In this document: positions 18,589 to 29,348 of the stretch, one piece after another
Position numbering within the stretch: the stretch's first letter is position 1
Layout: each line of letters starts with the position of its first letter
Assembly (NCBI GenBank): GCA_047601445.1
Contig: JASGJH010000001.1
Coordinates: forward strand, 6,496,001-6,560,000
DNA from: Myxococcales bacterium
GTDB taxonomy: Bacteria; Myxococcota_A; Polyangia; Polyangiales; DASUME01
Direction of reading: 5' to 3'
Length of the DNA stretch: 64,000 nucleotides
The notes under the pieces: generated by a model
The model's input: only the letters and a program-made list of their open reading frames with translations
What the model was told of the DNA's origin: nothing
The model's database searches: none
Translations under genes and position numbers: made by a program

Positions 18589-19788
18589 ATGCGCTCGAAG
18601 CCTTCCGCGGCCCTGTCCGCGGCGTTGGTCACGTTGTCTTTCGTCTCGCAGGCTTGTTTGCCGGCGCCCGAGCCTGCGGCCTACGAGGAGTGCGTCAAAG
18701 ATCAGCTCCACAAAGGTATCCCCTTGCTCGAAGCCCAACATTTTTGCCGAGCGCACGAGCCGCCTCCGCGGCCTGACCCCTCGAACTGCTTCACGGGCGA
18801 CGCGGTCATCGACGACGCCAGCGACGTGGCCACGTTCGCACCGTTCTCCGAAATCCATGGCGCGCTGCGTGTGTTGTCCGGTGCTCCCAACGTGGTGTCG
18901 TTGCCGAATCTCACGCGTGTGACCGGAGACGTGGAGCTCGTGTACTCCAGCTACCGCCCGGAACCGCCGCCGATGTCGGCTTCCTATCCCGCCATGCGCT
19001 GCGGAGCGATCCGCCAGGTCACGGCCGACGTGCGGGTCTTCCAGCTTCCTCAGCTAACCACCATCGGTGGCGATCTCACGATGGAGCAGGAGAACAGCTT
19101 CTCGGGCATCTCCACGCAACCCATCGAGCTGGGCATGGACCAACTGACCTCACTCGGGGGCAGCCTCAGCATCTCCATCGGACAGTTCGGCGGATCTCCC
19201 TGTGGTCTCACCGGCCTGGGGCAGATCCCCGCAGACCTGACGGTGCGCTTTCTGACTTCGGGCGAGGTCGATGGCAGCATCAGTGGTCTGCTCACCACCC
19301 TCACGCAGGTGGGTGGAACCTTCACCTTCGAGCGATCGCACAACTCCTTTGGCGTGCCGCTCCCTTTGCTCGCTCGGGTAGGTGCGCTGCGTATCCTGAA
19401 GGACGATCCATCCCTCAGCGGCTTTCACTTCCCGAGTCTCACCGATGTCGCCGGATTGGCTGAGCTGTCGGGCACGGGGCCGCTCAGCAACCTCACGGCC
19501 CTCACGCGCGTGGGCTCCCTGTTGGTGCATGACAGTGGCTATCTCTCGCTCGAGGACGTCGGAGGAGCGAGCCTCGAACTCGGCGGCCTCGAGCTGCGGG
19601 ACAACCCCGCGCTGGCTGCCCTCACCACGCCCGCCGGCACGAGCAAGGTCACGCTCGCGGTAAGCGCGCCGCTCACCATCGTGGACAACCCGCTCTTGAG
19701 CGCCGCCGCCATCTGCGCCTTCGTGGACTACGAAGAGGGCCAGAGCTGGAGTGGACCGAGCGACCTCGGCGGCACCGTGTGCCCCTGA
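18589..19788 (+). CDS. lipoprotein with receptor-L-domain-like / leucine-rich repeats
   Basis: Lipobox-like SQAC and repeated LPxLTxxGGxLxI / xDNPxL units. AGGAG RBS present. Confidence 0.75.
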   Translation: MRSKPSAALSAALVTLSFVSQACLPAPEPAAYEECVKDQLHKGIPLLEAQHFCRAHEPPPRPDPSNCFTGDAVIDDASDVATFAPFSEIHGALRVLSGAPNVVSLPNLTRVTGDVELVYSSYRPEPPPMSASYPAMRCGAIRQVTADVRVFQLPQLTTIGGDLTMEQENSFSGISTQPIELGMDQLTSLGGSLSISIGQFGGSPCGLTGLGQIPADLTVRFLTSGEVDGSISGLLTTLTQVGGTFTFERSHNSFGVPLPLLARVGALRILKDDPSLSGFHFPSLTDVAGLAELSGTGPLSNLTALTRVGSLLVHDSGYLSLEDVGGASLELGGLELRDNPALAALTTPAGTSKVTLAVSAPLTIVDNPLLSAAAICAFVDYEEGQSWSGPSDLGGTVCP

Positions 19789-19820
19789 CGGGCGGGGAGG
19801 GCGCGTACCCTCCCCGTTCA
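19786..19820. repeat. REP-like hairpin between convergent genes (inverted copy of 174-207)
   Basis: Reverse complement TGAACGGGGAGGGTACGCGCCCTCCCCGCCCGTCA closely matches GGACGGGGAGGGCACGCGCCCCTCCCCGCCCGTC. Confidence 0.85.
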
Positions 19821-20684
19821 TTCCATCGGCCGCAGCGGCGTGTCACCGACCGGTGCGTTCTGGGGCACCGGCCCGAGACCCTGGGTCTTGATGCTGGCCT
19901 TGCCCGCTGGCATGGCCTCACGCTGGATCTGCACCTTCTTGTCGCCCTTTTGGACCTTCTCCGCCACGAGCAAGTAGCTGTTGTTGACCTGGATCTTTTG
20001 CCCGTCGACATTGAGGTGGTCGCCCTCGTCGACATCGAAGGCCTTGAGCTGATCGACCGGTCCCAGGTCCACCAGCATGCGCGAGCCGTCGACGTCGATC
20101 ACCGCGAGCTCGTGATCGATGTGTGTCTCCTTGGCGTTCATCTTTTCCTTGTCCACGACCTTGCCGGAGATGTGCTGCCTCTGCGGCTGCTTGGTGGCGC
20201 CCAGTGACGCTGCCTTCACCTGCGCGTTGGCGGGTGCGGGACCGGTGGCCTTGGCCCCCACCTTCACGGTCGCCGGCACGAAGCGCTGCGTACCTTCCAC
20301 GCTGCGCATTTCGCCCATCACTGTGGCAGGTGTGCCCTCCTCAACTTTGGTCGTCTCGCTGGGACCGAGATCCGCGAGCACCACTTGGCCCTGATCCGTT
20401 TCGATCAAGACCACCTTGTTCTCCTTGTCCTTGTTGCGTACTTCCGCTTCCCACACGTCGGAGACGCGGCCGCGCACTTCGATGGAGACCTTGGTCAGCG
20501 CGGGTGGCGGAGCGACCTTCGAGGTGGCGCCCGGCACCGCCGGCGTGCTCGGACTCGGTGTGGCGGGTTGCGTGGGCGCGGTCGGTTGGGGGCTGGGATT
20601 CATCGTGTCTTGCGCCAGCCCGTTCGCCGATACGCCTGCCGTGAGCCCGGCAATCATCAGCGTTCCAGTAAGAAGCTTTCTCAT
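19818..20684 (-). CDS. secreted protein with two OB-fold-like repeats
   Basis: Signal peptide, Pro/Thr linker, duplicated G.V...(L/V)DLGP...V.EG....V.G unit. AGGAGG RBS present. Confidence 0.65.
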   Translation of the reverse strand: MRKLLTGTLMIAGLTAGVSANGLAQDTMNPSPQPTAPTQPATPSPSTPAVPGATSKVAPPPALTKVSIEVRGRVSDVWEAEVRNKDKENKVVLIETDQGQVVLADLGPSETTKVEEGTPATVMGEMRSVEGTQRFVPATVKVGAKATGPAPANAQVKAASLGATKQPQRQHISGKVVDKEKMNAKETHIDHELAVIDVDGSRMLVDLGPVDQLKAFDVDEGDHLNVDGQKIQVNNSYLLVAEKVQKGDKKVQIQREAMPAGKASIKTQGLGPVPQNAPVGDTPLRPME

Positions 20685-20745
20685 GGTGTCCTCCTGGCCC
20701 GCGCGTTCCGGACAGCGAGCCCGCAATGCAACGCCCACACGAGGC

Positions 20746-20762
20746 TGCATCCTACGTGCCAA
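20746..20762 (-). promoter_or_regulatory. sigma54 promoter
   Basis: Minus strand TTGGCACG-TAGG-ATGCA is close to the TGGCACG-N4-TTGC consensus, about 60 bp upstream of the ATG at 20684. Confidence 0.7.
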
Positions 20763-20864
20763 ACGGGGAGCACTGGTCTTCGAGCAGCGTAGGTTGGAAA
20801 GGCGCCAGCTTCAGCGTAACGTCGCTGCCAAGCGCTTCCGGAATGCCCCCATGTCGAGGACTCC

Positions 20865-21725
20865 ATGAACCAGCCAGCTGCTCCAGCTCAACCCGCTCCA
20901 AGCCCTCTCGCTGTGCCCGCGCCGTGGGATCTGGTGGCGGAGGGATACTCCGCCGAGGTCGACTTGATCATGCGACCGGTCTCCCTCGAGGCGCTGCGCC
21001 GCGCGCAAAGTAAGGCGCCCCATGCCATCGGTCCCGACACTTCGGTGGTCGACGTGGCAGCCGGACCGGGCACGCTCACCTTCGAGCTGGCCTCGCGCAC
21101 CAAGCAGGTCGACGCCCTGGACTTTTCCGAGAACATGCTGGCCGAGCTCACGCAGGGGCTCGCACGACGCGCGATCCAGAACGTGCGCGCGGTGCAAGGC
21201 GATGGCATGGCGCTTCCGTACGCCGACGCGAGCTTCGAGGCGGGCTTCTCGATGTTCGGTCTGATGTTCTTTCCGGATCGCGGACGCGGCTTTCGAGAGC
21301 TCCTGCGCGTGCTCAAGCCGGGAGGCATCGCGGTGGTCTCGAGTTGGGGGCCCCTCGACATTTCCCCGGCCATGGACTTGATGTTCGGTGCCCTGCGCGC
21401 AGCGGACCCGAGCATGCCGCCCCCGCAGCGCAACCTGCTCTCCCTGGAGAACGCCGAGCTGTTCGAGCGTGAGTTCAAGCAAGCGGGCTTCCTGGACGTG
21501 AGCGTGGAGCCCTACGAGTACTTCGTGAAGCTCGATAGCGCCGAGGACTACTGGTACCTGATGACCCGCAGCGCTGCCCCTTGCATGCTCATGCGCAAGC
21601 GTCTGGGCGAGGAAGAGTGGGCGCGTCGGAGCGAGGTTGCACAGGCCTATTTGCGGGACGCCTTTCCCAAGGCGCGCGAGCGACTCTCCACCACAGCGTA
21701 CTTGGGCTTTGGGCGCAAGGTGTAG
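20865..21725 (+). CDS. class I SAM-dependent methyltransferase
   Basis: VVDVAAGPG, LDFSENML, GDGMALPY and RVLKPGG motifs. Confidence 0.93.
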   Translation: MNQPAAPAQPAPSPLAVPAPWDLVAEGYSAEVDLIMRPVSLEALRRAQSKAPHAIGPDTSVVDVAAGPGTLTFELASRTKQVDALDFSENMLAELTQGLARRAIQNVRAVQGDGMALPYADASFEAGFSMFGLMFFPDRGRGFRELLRVLKPGGIAVVSSWGPLDISPAMDLMFGALRAADPSMPPPQRNLLSLENAELFEREFKQAGFLDVSVEPYEYFVKLDSAEDYWYLMTRSAAPCMLMRKRLGEEEWARRSEVAQAYLRDAFPKARERLSTTAYLGFGRKV

Positions 21726-21744
21726 GGGCCGTAACCGCAGGAAC

Positions 21745-23028
21745 TCAGGCCTGTCGCGCGAGCTGCTCGGCGTGACGCGCGAGCCCCTGCACCACCGAGT
21801 GGAAGCTCTTCAGGCGACGTTGCACGGCCTGCGGCAAGCGGCGCGTGATCTCGGCTTCGATCAGCGGCATGCGCGAGGTGCCGCCCGTGAGGCACACGAT
21901 CTCCACGTCCGCATGGTCGACGCCGCCCGCCGCAAGGGTGCGATCCAGGGCCTCGAAGATGCGGTCGAGAGGACGCTGGGCGGCCTGCTGGAATTCGGAT
22001 TGAGCCACGTTGCGAGAGAACTCGGCCCCGGGGTAGTCGAGCGTGACCTCGGTGCGCTCGCGCTCGGAGAGCCGCCGCTTGGCTCCTTCGACGGCTTCGT
22101 ACAGGTCGAACCCGACGCCGTCTTCCACGATCACCCGATACTTCTCGAGCTTCTCGCGATCCGCCAGGTCGAGCACGCCATGCTGAATGTCTGCGAGGCG
22201 ACGCATGATCGTGGTGCGGTCCACCAGCGTGAGATCCGCCGGTGAGCAGAGCAGCTCGATGAGGTCCATCGGCATGGTCAGCACGTTGGAGCCAAAGGGC
22301 ACCCGAAAGCGCGCTTCGGAGCCGAGCTCCGGGGCCACCGAACAGCGCACGAGCGAGCCGTCGAAGGCATCGCCAGCCACCGCCACACCGCCCACGGCGA
22401 GCACGTCGGAGCTCGCGAACTCGCGTGCGGACATGCGCACCAGCGTGAAGTCCGAGGTGCCGCCTCCGAGGTCCACGATCAACACCAGGCGAGGCTCCGT
22501 GAGATCCGAAGCGAAGTCATAGGCCGCGGCCACCGGCTCGGGGCAGAAGCTCACCTGCGTGAACCCTGCGAGCTCGGCGGCGCGCGCCAGGCGCGCCTGG
22601 GCCAGGGCATCCTCATCGTCGTCGTTGGAGAAGCGGGCGGGTCGACCCAGCACCGCGCGCGTGACCTCGGCGTCGAAGTGTCGGCAGGCGCGCTCGCGCA
22701 TGGCGCGCAGGATCGCCGCGATGAGCTCTTCGATGGTCATCGTCTTTTCAGCGATGCGCGTGGCCGTGAAGGCACGCGAGGGGAGGTGACGCTTGATGGA
22801 ACGGATCAGGCGACCACGGAAGCCGTTGGCCACCAGGGCTTTGGTGGCCGCTACACCAAACGCGCTCTCACGAGCGCTCGCGAAATAGAGCGCACTGCGC
22901 AGCACCGTGGGATCCGACGCGTCCGGATCGAGCGGCGCCGGCTCGAACACATGACCGGGTGCTGCCGCAGCGAGCAAGGAGTTGCTGGTGCCGAAGTCGA
23001 TGGCGAAGATGGTGGGTTTCGGCGACAT
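21745..23028 (-). CDS. Hsp70-family protein (YegD-like, ATPase domain only)
   Basis: IDFGTSNS, GRPARF, PEPVAAA, DLGGGTSDF and LTGGTS motifs. Confidence 0.9.
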   Translation of the reverse strand: MSPKPTIFAIDFGTSNSLLAAAAPGHVFEPAPLDPDASDPTVLRSALYFASARESAFGVAATKALVANGFRGRLIRSIKRHLPSRAFTATRIAEKTMTIEELIAAILRAMRERACRHFDAEVTRAVLGRPARFSNDDDEDALAQARLARAAELAGFTQVSFCPEPVAAAYDFASDLTEPRLVLIVDLGGGTSDFTLVRMSAREFASSDVLAVGGVAVAGDAFDGSLVRCSVAPELGSEARFRVPFGSNVLTMPMDLIELLCSPADLTLVDRTTIMRRLADIQHGVLDLADREKLEKYRVIVEDGVGFDLYEAVEGAKRRLSERERTEVTLDYPGAEFSRNVAQSEFQQAAQRPLDRIFEALDRTLAAGGVDHADVEIVCLTGGTSRMPLIEAEITRRLPQAVQRRLKSFHSVVQGLARHAEQLARQA

Positions 23029-23083
23029 GCTCGGCCCGCTTTCGGATCGCGTGCAGCCCCGACTGGCTCGCGCGGCCAGTGCA

Positions 23084-23536
23084 CTAGCACGTGGCTTCGA
23101 GCGCGGGTGCTTCTCCGAGTGCAAACAACGAGGTGTCGGCGGCGTCGTCTCTCCGCGGGCGCCCTCGCCGCTTGGGGGCGGCACTCAAGGGAGCGCCGCG
23201 CTGGACCTCGCCCACCTGCTGCACACGCAAGGCCAGATCCGGATCGCTCTCCGCGAACACGCGGGCGTAAGCCAGGGCGCGTTGAGCGCGCTGGCTGAGC
23301 TGTTCGGCCTGGGCCTGCAGGGCTGCCCGGGCGGCGGCGAGCTCCGCCTCGATTTGCTCGAGCTCCACCTGGGCCGCGCGCAGGTCATCGGCGGCCGACT
23401 CGAGCACGGCCAGATCCATGTCGGGGAACCGCACGGTGGGGAGGGCCTCCGCGAACAGTTCGATCACGGCGCGCGCCAGCGCGGGCACGGGATCGGCGGC
23501 AAACTGGGGCTTGGGACGGTCGACGGGCGAAGACAT
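23084..23536 (-). CDS. hypothetical coiled-coil protein with AT-hook-like motif
   Basis: AAGGAG RBS, helical heptad region, PKRRGRPR. Confidence 0.65.
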   Translation of the reverse strand: MSSPVDRPKPQFAADPVPALARAVIELFAEALPTVRFPDMDLAVLESAADDLRAAQVELEQIEAELAAARAALQAQAEQLSQRAQRALAYARVFAESDPDLALRVQQVGEVQRGAPLSAAPKRRGRPRRDDAADTSLFALGEAPALEATC

Positions 23537-23759
23537 GGCGGCTCCTTTGCTGAACGTATGAGCAGTATATTGGAGGAAGCCTCCCGGGCGCGCAAGAAAG
23601 CAGATCCCCTCGAGCTGCCCATGATCGAGGAGCGAGCCCGCCTTGCCCCCATCGATGCGGGCACGCAATGACCAAGGCGGGCGCCGATCCAGTCCGTTCC
23701 CGTAAGGGCCAGGCGTTCTTCATCGCTCGTGCGGAGTGCGGGCTCGCCGCGGAAACAGC

Positions 23760-25370
23760 TCAGTAAGGCTGTTCGATGATGCGCCGACTCGCGGGCGGAG
23801 CCTCGGGTCCACCGAACGGGTCGGGCTTCCACTGAGGAGAGCGTTCCTTGCTCGCGGGCGCTGCGGGCGTGGTTGTCGCGGGCGTGCCGCTCGTGTTCTT
23901 GGCGGCGCCTGCCGTGAGCTTCTCGAGCTGGATGCGCGCGGGCGGCGGAGCGTCCTGAAACATCACGCTGGCGGAGCGATAGCCCGGTGCGGAGGCTTCG
24001 AGCACGTGCGTTGAGCCATCGACCTTGAAGGCGGCCACGAGCTTGCTCGTGGCCATGCGGTGGCCGTCCAGCACGATGGTGGCCTGGGGCGGATCCACCA
24101 GCACCGACACCTCGTAGCGAGCCACCTCTCCCTTGGCAGTCGAGCTCAACGCCTGGCTCGGCGCTTGCGCTTCAGCCGCGGGTTCCCTGGGCACGGCCGG
24201 CGCCATGGCTGCCGGAGCCGGAGCGGCCGTGCCGAGCTTGGTGGTGTCCTTCAGTGCGACCGTGGTGGGTTCGGGCACCCGCGCCTGGTCGCGCACCACG
24301 GCCCAGGCGACGCCGGCCACCAGGGCTGCGCCGAGTGCGATGGCGGCCTTGCGCTTGAGCGGCGCTGGAGGCGACGACGCCAATGAACCGTCGGGACTCT
24401 TGGTCCCCGAGTGACGCACCTGCACCGGGCGCGCCGTGGACTCCATGTGCACCTCGAGCTCGCTCGCATAGAGCGCGCGGGTGCGCTGACTCGAAAGCGG
24501 CAACAGCGCTCGGGCGAATTCGCGCATGGTCCCGAAGCGCGCGTCGGGCTGCTTTTGCAGGGCCTTGGCCAGTGCTTCGCGCAGCTCGATGGGGGCATCC
24601 GGGACGTAGTCCGAGAGTGGCTTGGGTGCCGCGGTGACGATGCTGCTCAAGAGGTCGTAGAGCGACTCGCCTTCGAAGGGCTTAACGCCCGTGACGCACT
24701 CGTAGAGGATGACGCCCAGCGCGAACACGTCGCTACGCGCGTCGACCGAGCGCTTGGCCTGGGCCTGCTCGGGCGACATGTAGAAGGGCGTGCCCAAGAG
24801 CGCCTTGGTGCCGGTGAGGTTGAAGGCGTCCTGGTCGAGCACCTTGGAGATGCCGAAGTCCACCACCTTGGGCACGCGCAGCTTGCCCTGCATGCTCAGG
24901 AAGATGTTTTGTGGCTTGAGATCGCGGTGGACGATGCCGGCTGCGTGGGCCGCCACCAGACCGGCCATGACCGGGATCAGGAGATCGGCGGTCTCTTGCA
25001 CCCCGAGCCGTCCCACGCGACGCAGGTAGTGGTCGAGGTCCTCACCGTCCAGGAACTCCATCACGAGGTAAGGGCAGCCCGAGTCCGTGGTGCCCACGTC
25101 GATGACGTCGACCACGTGCGGATGCTCGAGCTTGGCTGTGGCGCGCCCCTCGCGGACGAAGCGCTGGGCCAGGTCCGTGTTGGCGTGGGCGGGCAGGAGC
25201 ACCTTCACGGCCACGCGCTTCTGCAGCGTGTCGTGGTGCGCGGCGTAGACGAGCGCGCTCGCCCCCTCGCCGATGGGGCGCTCGATGACGTAAGCACCGA
25301 GCCGGTCGCCCCGGCGCGGCACCCCCGCGCTCCCTAGCGCGGCGAAATCGTTGTCCCCGCTACGCCCCAA
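23760..25370 (-). CDS. membrane Ser/Thr protein kinase with PEGA-like extracytoplasmic domain
   Basis: VAVK, HRDLKPQN, DFG, GTPFYMSPE, a TM helix, then V.VDPPQATIVLDG...HVLEASAPGY. Confidence 0.93.
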   Translation of the reverse strand: MGRSGDNDFAALGSAGVPRRGDRLGAYVIERPIGEGASALVYAAHHDTLQKRVAVKVLLPAHANTDLAQRFVREGRATAKLEHPHVVDVIDVGTTDSGCPYLVMEFLDGEDLDHYLRRVGRLGVQETADLLIPVMAGLVAAHAAGIVHRDLKPQNIFLSMQGKLRVPKVVDFGISKVLDQDAFNLTGTKALLGTPFYMSPEQAQAKRSVDARSDVFALGVILYECVTGVKPFEGESLYDLLSSIVTAAPKPLSDYVPDAPIELREALAKALQKQPDARFGTMREFARALLPLSSQRTRALYASELEVHMESTARPVQVRHSGTKSPDGSLASSPPAPLKRKAAIALGAALVAGVAWAVVRDQARVPEPTTVALKDTTKLGTAAPAPAAMAPAVPREPAAEAQAPSQALSSTAKGEVARYEVSVLVDPPQATIVLDGHRMATSKLVAAFKVDGSTHVLEASAPGYRSASVMFQDAPPPARIQLEKLTAGAAKNTSGTPATTTPAAPASKERSPQWKPDPFGGPEAPPASRRIIEQPY

Positions 25371-25678
25371 CGAAAACCCCTAGGTTTGGCCGCGAGCTTA
25401 TCACGCGACTGCCCAGAATGAAGTGTTGGACCAGTGCCGGCAACGCCGGAGGAGGCGCAAAAGGTGTGATCCGTACCGCAAATGGCCGACATGGACCGAC
25501 CCCGCCGACCAGACCGGGCCAGGCGATGGAGAGAAGGAAAGAAGAATCCCCTACGCCGGGGCCGAGGGGCCGACCCATGGGCCGGCGGGCGAGCGGTCCC
25601 ACGCCTCGGAACGCCTCGGGCACGAGAGCCGCGACGACTCGAGGCCACCGCGGCTCTTGTGTGAACGGGACGCCGAAC

Positions 25679-26854
25679 TCAGACGACTTCGAACAGCCCA
25701 GCGGCCCCCATGCCGCCGCCGATGCACATGGTCACGACCACGTACTTGGCGCCGCGCCGCTTGCCCTCGATCAGCGCGTGGCCGGTGAGGCGCGTCCCCG
25801 AGACGCCGTAGGGATGGCCCACGGCAATGGCGCCGCCGTTGACGTTCATGCGGTCCATTGGGATGCCTAGCTTGTCGGCGCAGTAGAGCACCTGCACTGC
25901 GAAGGCCTCATTGAGCTCCCACAGGCCGATGTCGTCCACCTTGAGTCCGTGGCGGGCGAGCAGCTTCGGCACCGCGAAGGCCGGGCCGATGCCCATCTCG
26001 TCGGGCTCACAGCCCGCCACCGCGAAGCCGCGGAACACGCCGAGCGGCTTGATGTTGCGCTTGGCGGCCAGGGCACCGTCCATCACCACCACCGCGGCCG
26101 CGCCGTCGGAGAACTGGCTGGCGTTGCCGGCGGCGATCACGCCACCGGGCACGGCGGGCTTGATCTTGGCGAGACCTTCGTAGGTGGTGTCCGCGCGGAT
26201 GCCCTCGTCGGTATCCAGCAGCACTTCCTTGGTGATCATGCCGAGCGCCTTGTCGGCCACGCCGGCCAGGGCCTTGAAGGGCACGATCTCGTCCTTGAAC
26301 TTGCCCGCAGCCAGCGCCGCCGCCGCGCGCTGCTGGCTCTGCACGCCGTACTGATCCTGCCGCTCGCGTGAGATGTTGTAGCGCTTGGCCACGGTCTCCG
26401 CGGTCTGCAGCATGGGCCAGTAGATGGCTGGCTTGTTCTCGCGCAACCAGCTCTCGGTGAACATGTGCTGGTTGATCTGGTTTTGCACGCAGGAGATCGA
26501 CTCCACGCCGCCCGCGACCATCACGGGAGACTTGTCGACGATCACGGCCTGTGCCGCCATGGCGATAGCCTGCAGACCCGAGGAGCAGAAGCGATTGATG
26601 GTGGCGCCCGAGGCGGTCACCGGCAGTCCGGCGCGCAGCGCAATCTGGCGCGCGATGTTGCTGCCGTCGGCGCCCTCGGGGAAGGCGCAACCCATCAGCA
26701 CGTCCTCGACTTCGCCGGGCTCGACGCCCGCGCGCTCGACGGCCGCTTTCACCACGTGACCACCCATGGTGGCACCGTGCGTCATGTTGAGGGCACCCTT
26801 CCAGGACTTGGCCAGGCCTGTGCGTGCGTAGGAAACGATCACTGCATCGGTCAT
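25679..26854 (-). CDS. acetyl-CoA C-acyltransferase (thiolase)
   Basis: NRFCSSG, NEAF, GHPYG and MCIGGGMG motifs. Confidence 0.96.
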   Translation of the reverse strand: MTDAVIVSYARTGLAKSWKGALNMTHGATMGGHVVKAAVERAGVEPGEVEDVLMGCAFPEGADGSNIARQIALRAGLPVTASGATINRFCSSGLQAIAMAAQAVIVDKSPVMVAGGVESISCVQNQINQHMFTESWLRENKPAIYWPMLQTAETVAKRYNISRERQDQYGVQSQQRAAAALAAGKFKDEIVPFKALAGVADKALGMITKEVLLDTDEGIRADTTYEGLAKIKPAVPGGVIAAGNASQFSDGAAAVVVMDGALAAKRNIKPLGVFRGFAVAGCEPDEMGIGPAFAVPKLLARHGLKVDDIGLWELNEAFAVQVLYCADKLGIPMDRMNVNGGAIAVGHPYGVSGTRLTGHALIEGKRRGAKYVVVTMCIGGGMGAAGLFEVV

Positions 26855-26904
26855 CTTGGATCTCCGTGAAAAAAACTTTTGGGATGAGGGGACGTGAACT
26901 CACG

Positions 26905-26932
26905 TACGGGCACGGTCACGGGCGCGCGTACG
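26905..26932. repeat. CACGGG-hexamer intergenic element
   Basis: TACGGGCACGGTCACGGGCGCGCGTACG, 26/28 identical to 61001-61028. Confidence 0.75.
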
Positions 26933-26944
26933 CATCGGAAGCGG

Positions 26945-29030
26945 TCAGCCGTTGAAGGACTTGCCCTCCGCAGCGAGCTTCTTGATCAGGTCGGCGGGCT
27001 CCCAGAACTTGTCGCCGGTCTGCGCCTTGTAGCCCTCGAGGGCGCGCGCAACGCGATACAGGCCCTGGCTATCCGCGTAGAGCATGGGCCCGCCGCGGAA
27101 CAGCGGGAACCCGTAGCCCGTGAGATAGACCATATCGATGTCCGACGCGCGCTGAGCGATGCGCTCTTCCAGAATGCGCGCACCCTCGTTGACCAGGGCG
27201 TACACGCAACGCTCCAGGATCTCCTTGTCGCTGATCTTGCGAGCCTTGATGCCGTTCTGCTCACGGAACTTCAGGATCAGCTCATCCGTCGAGCTGTCCG
27301 GGATGGCGTCGCGTCGGCCGGCTTCGTAGCGGTAGTAGCCCGCGCCCGTCTTCTGCCCGAAGCGGTTCTGCTCGCACAGGCCGTCGGCCACGTGCGGCTT
27401 GAGCGCCTTGGGATTCTGGGCCGCGCGCGCCTTGCGGATCTGCCAGCCGATGTCGAGGCCCGCCAGGTCGGCGACGCGGAAAGGCCCCATCGCCATGCCG
27501 AACTTCTCGAGCACCTTGTCGACCTGCCACGGCGAAGCGCCCTCCTCGACCAGGAGGTCTGCCTGGTGGAAATACGCGTGCAGCATGCGGTTGCCGATGA
27601 AGCCGTCACACACGCCCGCGACCACCGCGGTCTTCTTGATCTTCTTGGCCAGCTGCATGACCGTGGCCAGTACGTCCTTGGCGGTCTTCTCGCCGCGCAC
27701 GACCTCGAGCAGCTTCATGATGTTGGCGGGGCTGAAGAAGTGCAGACCGAGCACGCTCTCCGGACGCTTGGTGAAGCTCGCGATCTGGTTGATGTCGAGG
27801 GTCGACGTGTTGCTGGCCAGGATGGCGCCCTGCTTCACCACGGAGTCGAGCGTGCTGAAGACCTTCTGCTTCACGTCCATGTTCTCGAACACGGCCTCGA
27901 TCACCAGATCGCAATCGGCGAGGTCGGCGTACTCGAGCGTGGGCTTGAGCAGGCTGATCGCCTTGTCGAGCTTCTCCTGCGTGAGCTTGCCCTTCTTGAG
28001 CGAGCCCTCGTAGTTCTTGCGGATGATGCCCACGCCCTTCTCGAGCGCCTCGGGCTTGACCTCGAGCAGCACCACCTGGATGCCGGCGCTCAAGAAGTTC
28101 ATCGCGATGCCACCGCCCATGGTGCCCGCGCCGATGATGCCTACCTTGTTCACGGGGCGGACGGCGGTGTCCTCGGGCACGTCGGCGATCTTGGAGGCGG
28201 CGCGCTCACCGAAGAACGCGTGACGCAGTGCCTTGGACTCGTCGCTCTGTACCAGCTGCGCGAACAGGTCGCGCTCGATGCGCAGCCCCTCGTCGAAGGG
28301 CTTGGCCACGGCTGCCGCCACGGCGTCGATGCACTTGAGCGGAGCGGGGAAGTTCTTGGACATCGCGCCCACGCCGTTGCGGGCGAACTGGAAGTAGCCG
28401 TCGGCCTCGGCGTAGCTGAGCTTGATGTCGCGCACCTTCTTGAGCTCGCGCTTCTCGGCCACGACCTTGTCGGCGAAGGCGACGGCTCCGTCGAGCAGCT
28501 TCTCGCTCAGGATCGCGTCGAAGAGCTGGGTGCCCTGCAGCTTGGCCGCGGGCACGATCTCGCCGGAGACGATCATGTTGAGCGCCGTCTCCACACCCAC
28601 CACGCGGGGCAGGCGCTGGGTGCCGCCTGCGCCGGGTAGGATGCCGAGCTTCACCTCGGGCAGGGCGATTCTGGGCGTCCGCCAGCGCCACGCGGAAGTG
28701 ACAGCCGAGGGCGAGCTCGAGGCCACCGCCCATGCAGGCGCCGCCGATGGCGGCGACGACGGGCTTGTTGGAGGACTCCACGACCTCGATGACGGTGTGG
28801 AGATTGGGCTCGGCGAAGGCCTTGGGGCTGCCGAATTCCTTGATGTCGGCGCCGCCCGAGAACGCACGCTCGGACCCGATCAAGACCACGGCTTGCACCT
28901 TGGCGTCGGCACGGGCGGCCTCGATCCCAGCCACGATCTGCGCGCGCAAGGCGTGGCTCAGGCCGTTGACGGGGGGGTTGTTGAGCGTGATGACGGCCAC
29001 GCTGCCTCGCAACTCATAGGGCGCTTGCAT
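26945..29030 (-). pseudogene. enoyl-CoA hydratase / 3-hydroxyacyl-CoA dehydrogenase multifunctional enzyme with a +1 frameshift near 28670 (pseudogene or assembly error)
   Basis: The hydratase N-terminus ([20 protein letters not shown]) is in one frame; [17 protein letters not shown] and GLHFFSP are in another. Removing one A from CAG-A-ATC restores ADAQIALPEV. Span is 2086 bp = 3n+1. Confidence 0.9.
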
Positions 29031-29088
29031 GCTCTCTCCTCGGGCTTGCCAAAAACGGCACTCGGCGATCTCGGGGCGCTGGCTCCGA

Positions 29089-29110
29089 AACCGAACGTTC
29101 GTTCTATATT
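29089..29110. promoter_or_regulatory. candidate repressor operator next to a -10-like element of the beta-oxidation operon
   Basis: Perfect 10-bp palindrome CGAACGTTCG (29092-29101) adjacent to minus-strand TATAGA, about 60 bp upstream of the ATG at 29030. Confidence 0.45.
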
Positions 29111-29348
29111 CGCGAAATGTTGGCCCGGAGAAAGCGGGCACGCAACCCGGGCCGCCGGCCACCCCGCTCGAGGGTGAAAAAGCGCGGCAGAACGGGCGAA
29201 TCACACGGAGTAGAGGCCGTTTTTCACCCCCTTTGGAGGGGGCCGAACCTTGACTGAAAAGGCCCGTAAAGAAAGGCTCGGGAGTAGCCCAAGCGGGCTT
29301 TTGACGGGGTTTCGACCACCCCGAGCGACGAGGGAGCGTCTGGAGCGC

